From Hyalangium minutum (lineage in GTDB: Bacteria; Myxococcota; Myxococcia; Myxococcales; Myxococcaceae), in NCBI RefSeq assembly GCF_000737315.1, contig NZ_JMCB01000003.1:186001-250000 (forward strand): a stretch of 64,000 nt of DNA, written 5' to 3'. Position 1 is the stretch's first letter. Each line of letters starts with the position of its first letter. Below the pieces are notes generated by a model. The model made no database searches, was not told the origin of the DNA, and saw nothing but the letters and a program-made list of their open reading frames with translations. A program made the translations under genes and the position numbers. Positions 62,117 through 64,000 of this stretch are shown here, piece by piece.

Positions 62117-64000
62117 TCCGCCGCGCTCCGCGATGGCTGTGGCTCGTGCTGGGGCTGGTGACACTGGCCACGGCGTGCGACCGGCGCTCCAGCGAGGAGC
62201 CCGCGTCCGCCGCGCCGCCCGCGCAGGCTGCTCAACAGGCACAGGCGCTGTCCGGAAGCACGTGCGACAGCGTGGCTCCCACCGGCATGGCGCCGGGGTG
62301 GAAGGTGGCGCCGATCCAGGCTGCGGGCCAGAACGTCGCGAGCACGATCTTCCCGGCGTCCGTCGGTGAGCGGGCGATCCTGATCCTGCAGGAGTCGGCG
62401 GAGGCGCTGAATCAGGAGTTCAAGACGGAGGCCTCCCTCAACGGTGTGGACTGGGTGGCCATCTCCCGGCAGAGGCCGCTGGCGGCGCGGGTGGTGCAGC
62501 TGAGTGCCTCGAACCGGCTGGAGCTGGAGACGAACGGAGGCGTGGCACGGACGTCCGTGGCGGCGCTGTCGCCGCTGCCGTGCGCGGCGGTGGAGGCACG
62601 CGTGACGCACGCGGGAGGCTCGGCCGCCACCGTGGAGACGCGCACCTTCACATGGCCCATGGGAGCAGGCCCGGCCCTGCTGGTGGTGGAGTCGGGCAGT
62701 GCGTCGCAGGTGACGGGGCGGGTGGTGCTGGGCAGCCTGACGGTGCAGGTGCCGGCCGCAGGCCAGCTCCCCGTGGTGGAGGTGGTGTCGCCGCAGGCGA
62801 GCAACACGCTGCGAGTCGAGGTGGGAGGCAGCGCGGGCGCGTGGGTCCGGGCAGTGGTGGTGGAGCCGGACATGTTGCCGCCCATCGTGAGCATGGGGCA
62901 GCCCGCGGAGGGCGCGCAGCTGAACGCCTCGCCGGTGGAGGTCCAGGGCACCGCGGGAGCCGGGGCGGTGGCCGTGAAGGTGGGGGCGGTGGACGCGGTG
63001 CTGTCGCAAGGCCAGTACACGGCGCAGGTGCCGCTGGTGGAGGGGCCCAACGCGCTGGTGGCCGAGGTGAGAGACCAGTGCGGCAACGTGGCGCGAGTGT
63101 GCCGGCCGGTGGTGCTGACGACGGCGCCGCCCACCGTTGTTATCGAGGGAGTTACTGACGGCCAGGTCTCGCGCGAGCCACTGCACCCCACGTGGACGGT
63201 GACGAGCAGCGGCCCGGTCACGGTGGAGGCGACGCTGGATGGCGCGCCCTTCGTCGGCGGCACGGCTGTAACGGCCGAGGGCTCGCACGAGCTGCGGGTC
63301 ATGGTGCGGGACGCGGCGGGCCGGGAGGCGCAGGCGCAGGTGGGCTTCGCGATCGACACCACACCGCCGCGACTCACGCTGACAGGAGTGGAAGAGGGGG
63401 AGCGGCGCAATACTCCGGCGGTGCTCGGCTTCACGGTGGAGGAGGAGCACCCGGGCTCGGTGGAGGCCACCCTGGATGGGGCTCCCATGGCCTCGGGGGA
63501 CACGGTCTCGGCGGAGGGCGCGCATGTGTGGACGGTGGCGGCCACGGACGCGGCGGGCAACCGGTCCGAGGTGCAGCGCCACTTCGTGGTGGATGTGACG
63601 GCTCCCACGCTGGAGGTGCTCTCACCCGCGCCGGGCAGCTTCACCCAGGCGGGCTCCGTCGAGGTGGTGGTGGCGGCGGCGGATGACGGGCCGGTGGCGG
63701 GCGTGTGGCTGGGGAACGCGGAGCTGACGCTCGGCACGGACGGGAAGTACCGGAGCCTGGTGGTGTTGGAGGAGGGCAGCAACCTGCTGGTGCTGGTGGC
63801 TCGGGATGCGGCGGGCAACAGCGCGCAGAGCTCGCTGGCCGTGACGCGGGACTCCACGCCGCCCCAGCTCACCCTCACCACCCCGGCCGAGGGCGCGAAG
63901 GTGGCGGGGGACTCGGTGCAGGTGGAGGGACAGGCGCAGGACACCACGCCGCTCACGGTGCGCGTGGCGGGGATGACCGCGGCGGTCGCGGCGGATGGTC
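62113..64000 (+). CDS. Ig-repeat lipoprotein, 3' truncated by window edge (absent from the ORF track)
   Basis: ATGA overlap; hand translation MIRRAPRWLWLVLGLVTLATAC (lipobox), then D..PP.[VL] linkers and A.DAAGN Ig motifs; no stop seen before 64000. Confidence 0.85.
   Translation, partial: MIRRAPRWLWLVLGLVTLATACDRRSSEEPASAAPPAQAAQQAQALSGSTCDSVAPTGMAPGWKVAPIQAAGQNVASTIFPASVGERAILILQESAEALNQEFKTEASLNGVDWVAISRQRPLAARVVQLSASNRLELETNGGVARTSVAALSPLPCAAVEARVTHAGGSAATVETRTFTWPMGAGPALLVVESGSASQVTGRVVLGSLTVQVPAAGQLPVVEVVSPQASNTLRVEVGGSAGAWVRAVVVEPDMLPPIVSMGQPAEGAQLNASPVEVQGTAGAGAVAVKVGAVDAVLSQGQYTAQVPLVEGPNALVAEVRDQCGNVARVCRPVVLTTAPPTVVIEGVTDGQVSREPLHPTWTVTSSGPVTVEATLDGAPFVGGTAVTAEGSHELRVMVRDAAGREAQAQVGFAIDTTPPRLTLTGVEEGERRNTPAVLGFTVEEEHPGSVEATLDGAPMASGDTVSAEGAHVWTVAATDAAGNRSEVQRHFVVDVTAPTLEVLSPAPGSFTQAGSVEVVVAAADDGPVAGVWLGNAELTLGTDGKYRSLVVLEEGSNLLVLVARDAAGNSAQSSLAVTRDSTPPQLTLTTPAEGAKVAGDSVQVEGQAQDTTPLTVRVAGMTAAVAADG

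Overview
High-GC myxobacterial (Myxococcales-type) chromosomal window in three parts. (1) 1-27 kb is mostly core genes: 3' end of mutS, a DUF3592-like protein, an amidase_3 cell-wall amidase, a VTT/DedA protein, a KGG-repeat stress protein, a P-II-like gene plus two cation:proton antiporter genes, a TsaC/YrdC-family gene, xerD, a metallophosphoesterase, a DUF4388-like protein, scpA-scpB-rluB (RluB carries a 16 x 15-aa repeat tail), a HEAT lipoprotein, a cNMP-binding protein, a stand-alone MshEN protein, and a lipoprotein plus TPR protein. (2) A 3.4-kb A/T-richer islet (10.99-14.35 kb) holds two gene pairs (a JAB-like lipoprotein pair and a SitAI-like lipoprotein nuclease toxin/immunity pair) separated by an orphan tmRNA/tRNA 3'-end fragment. 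(3) From 27.2 kb to the end: an AhpD-like gene interrupted by an in-frame UGA in a CxxU motif with an E. coli-type SECIS-like hairpin (candidate selenoprotein, split in the ORF track), then the most striking locus, an uninterrupted 10,488-aa (about 1.1 MDa) secreted Ig/IPT/beta-propeller protein. It is surrounded by three parvulin/PrsA-type foldase lipoprotein genes (one intact, one partly and one fully degenerate) and followed by a second Ig-repeat lipoprotein that runs off the window. The four + strand genes are chained by ATGA overlaps. This looks like a giant surface-protein system with its own folding machinery. Domain names come from motif reading, not HMM searches.
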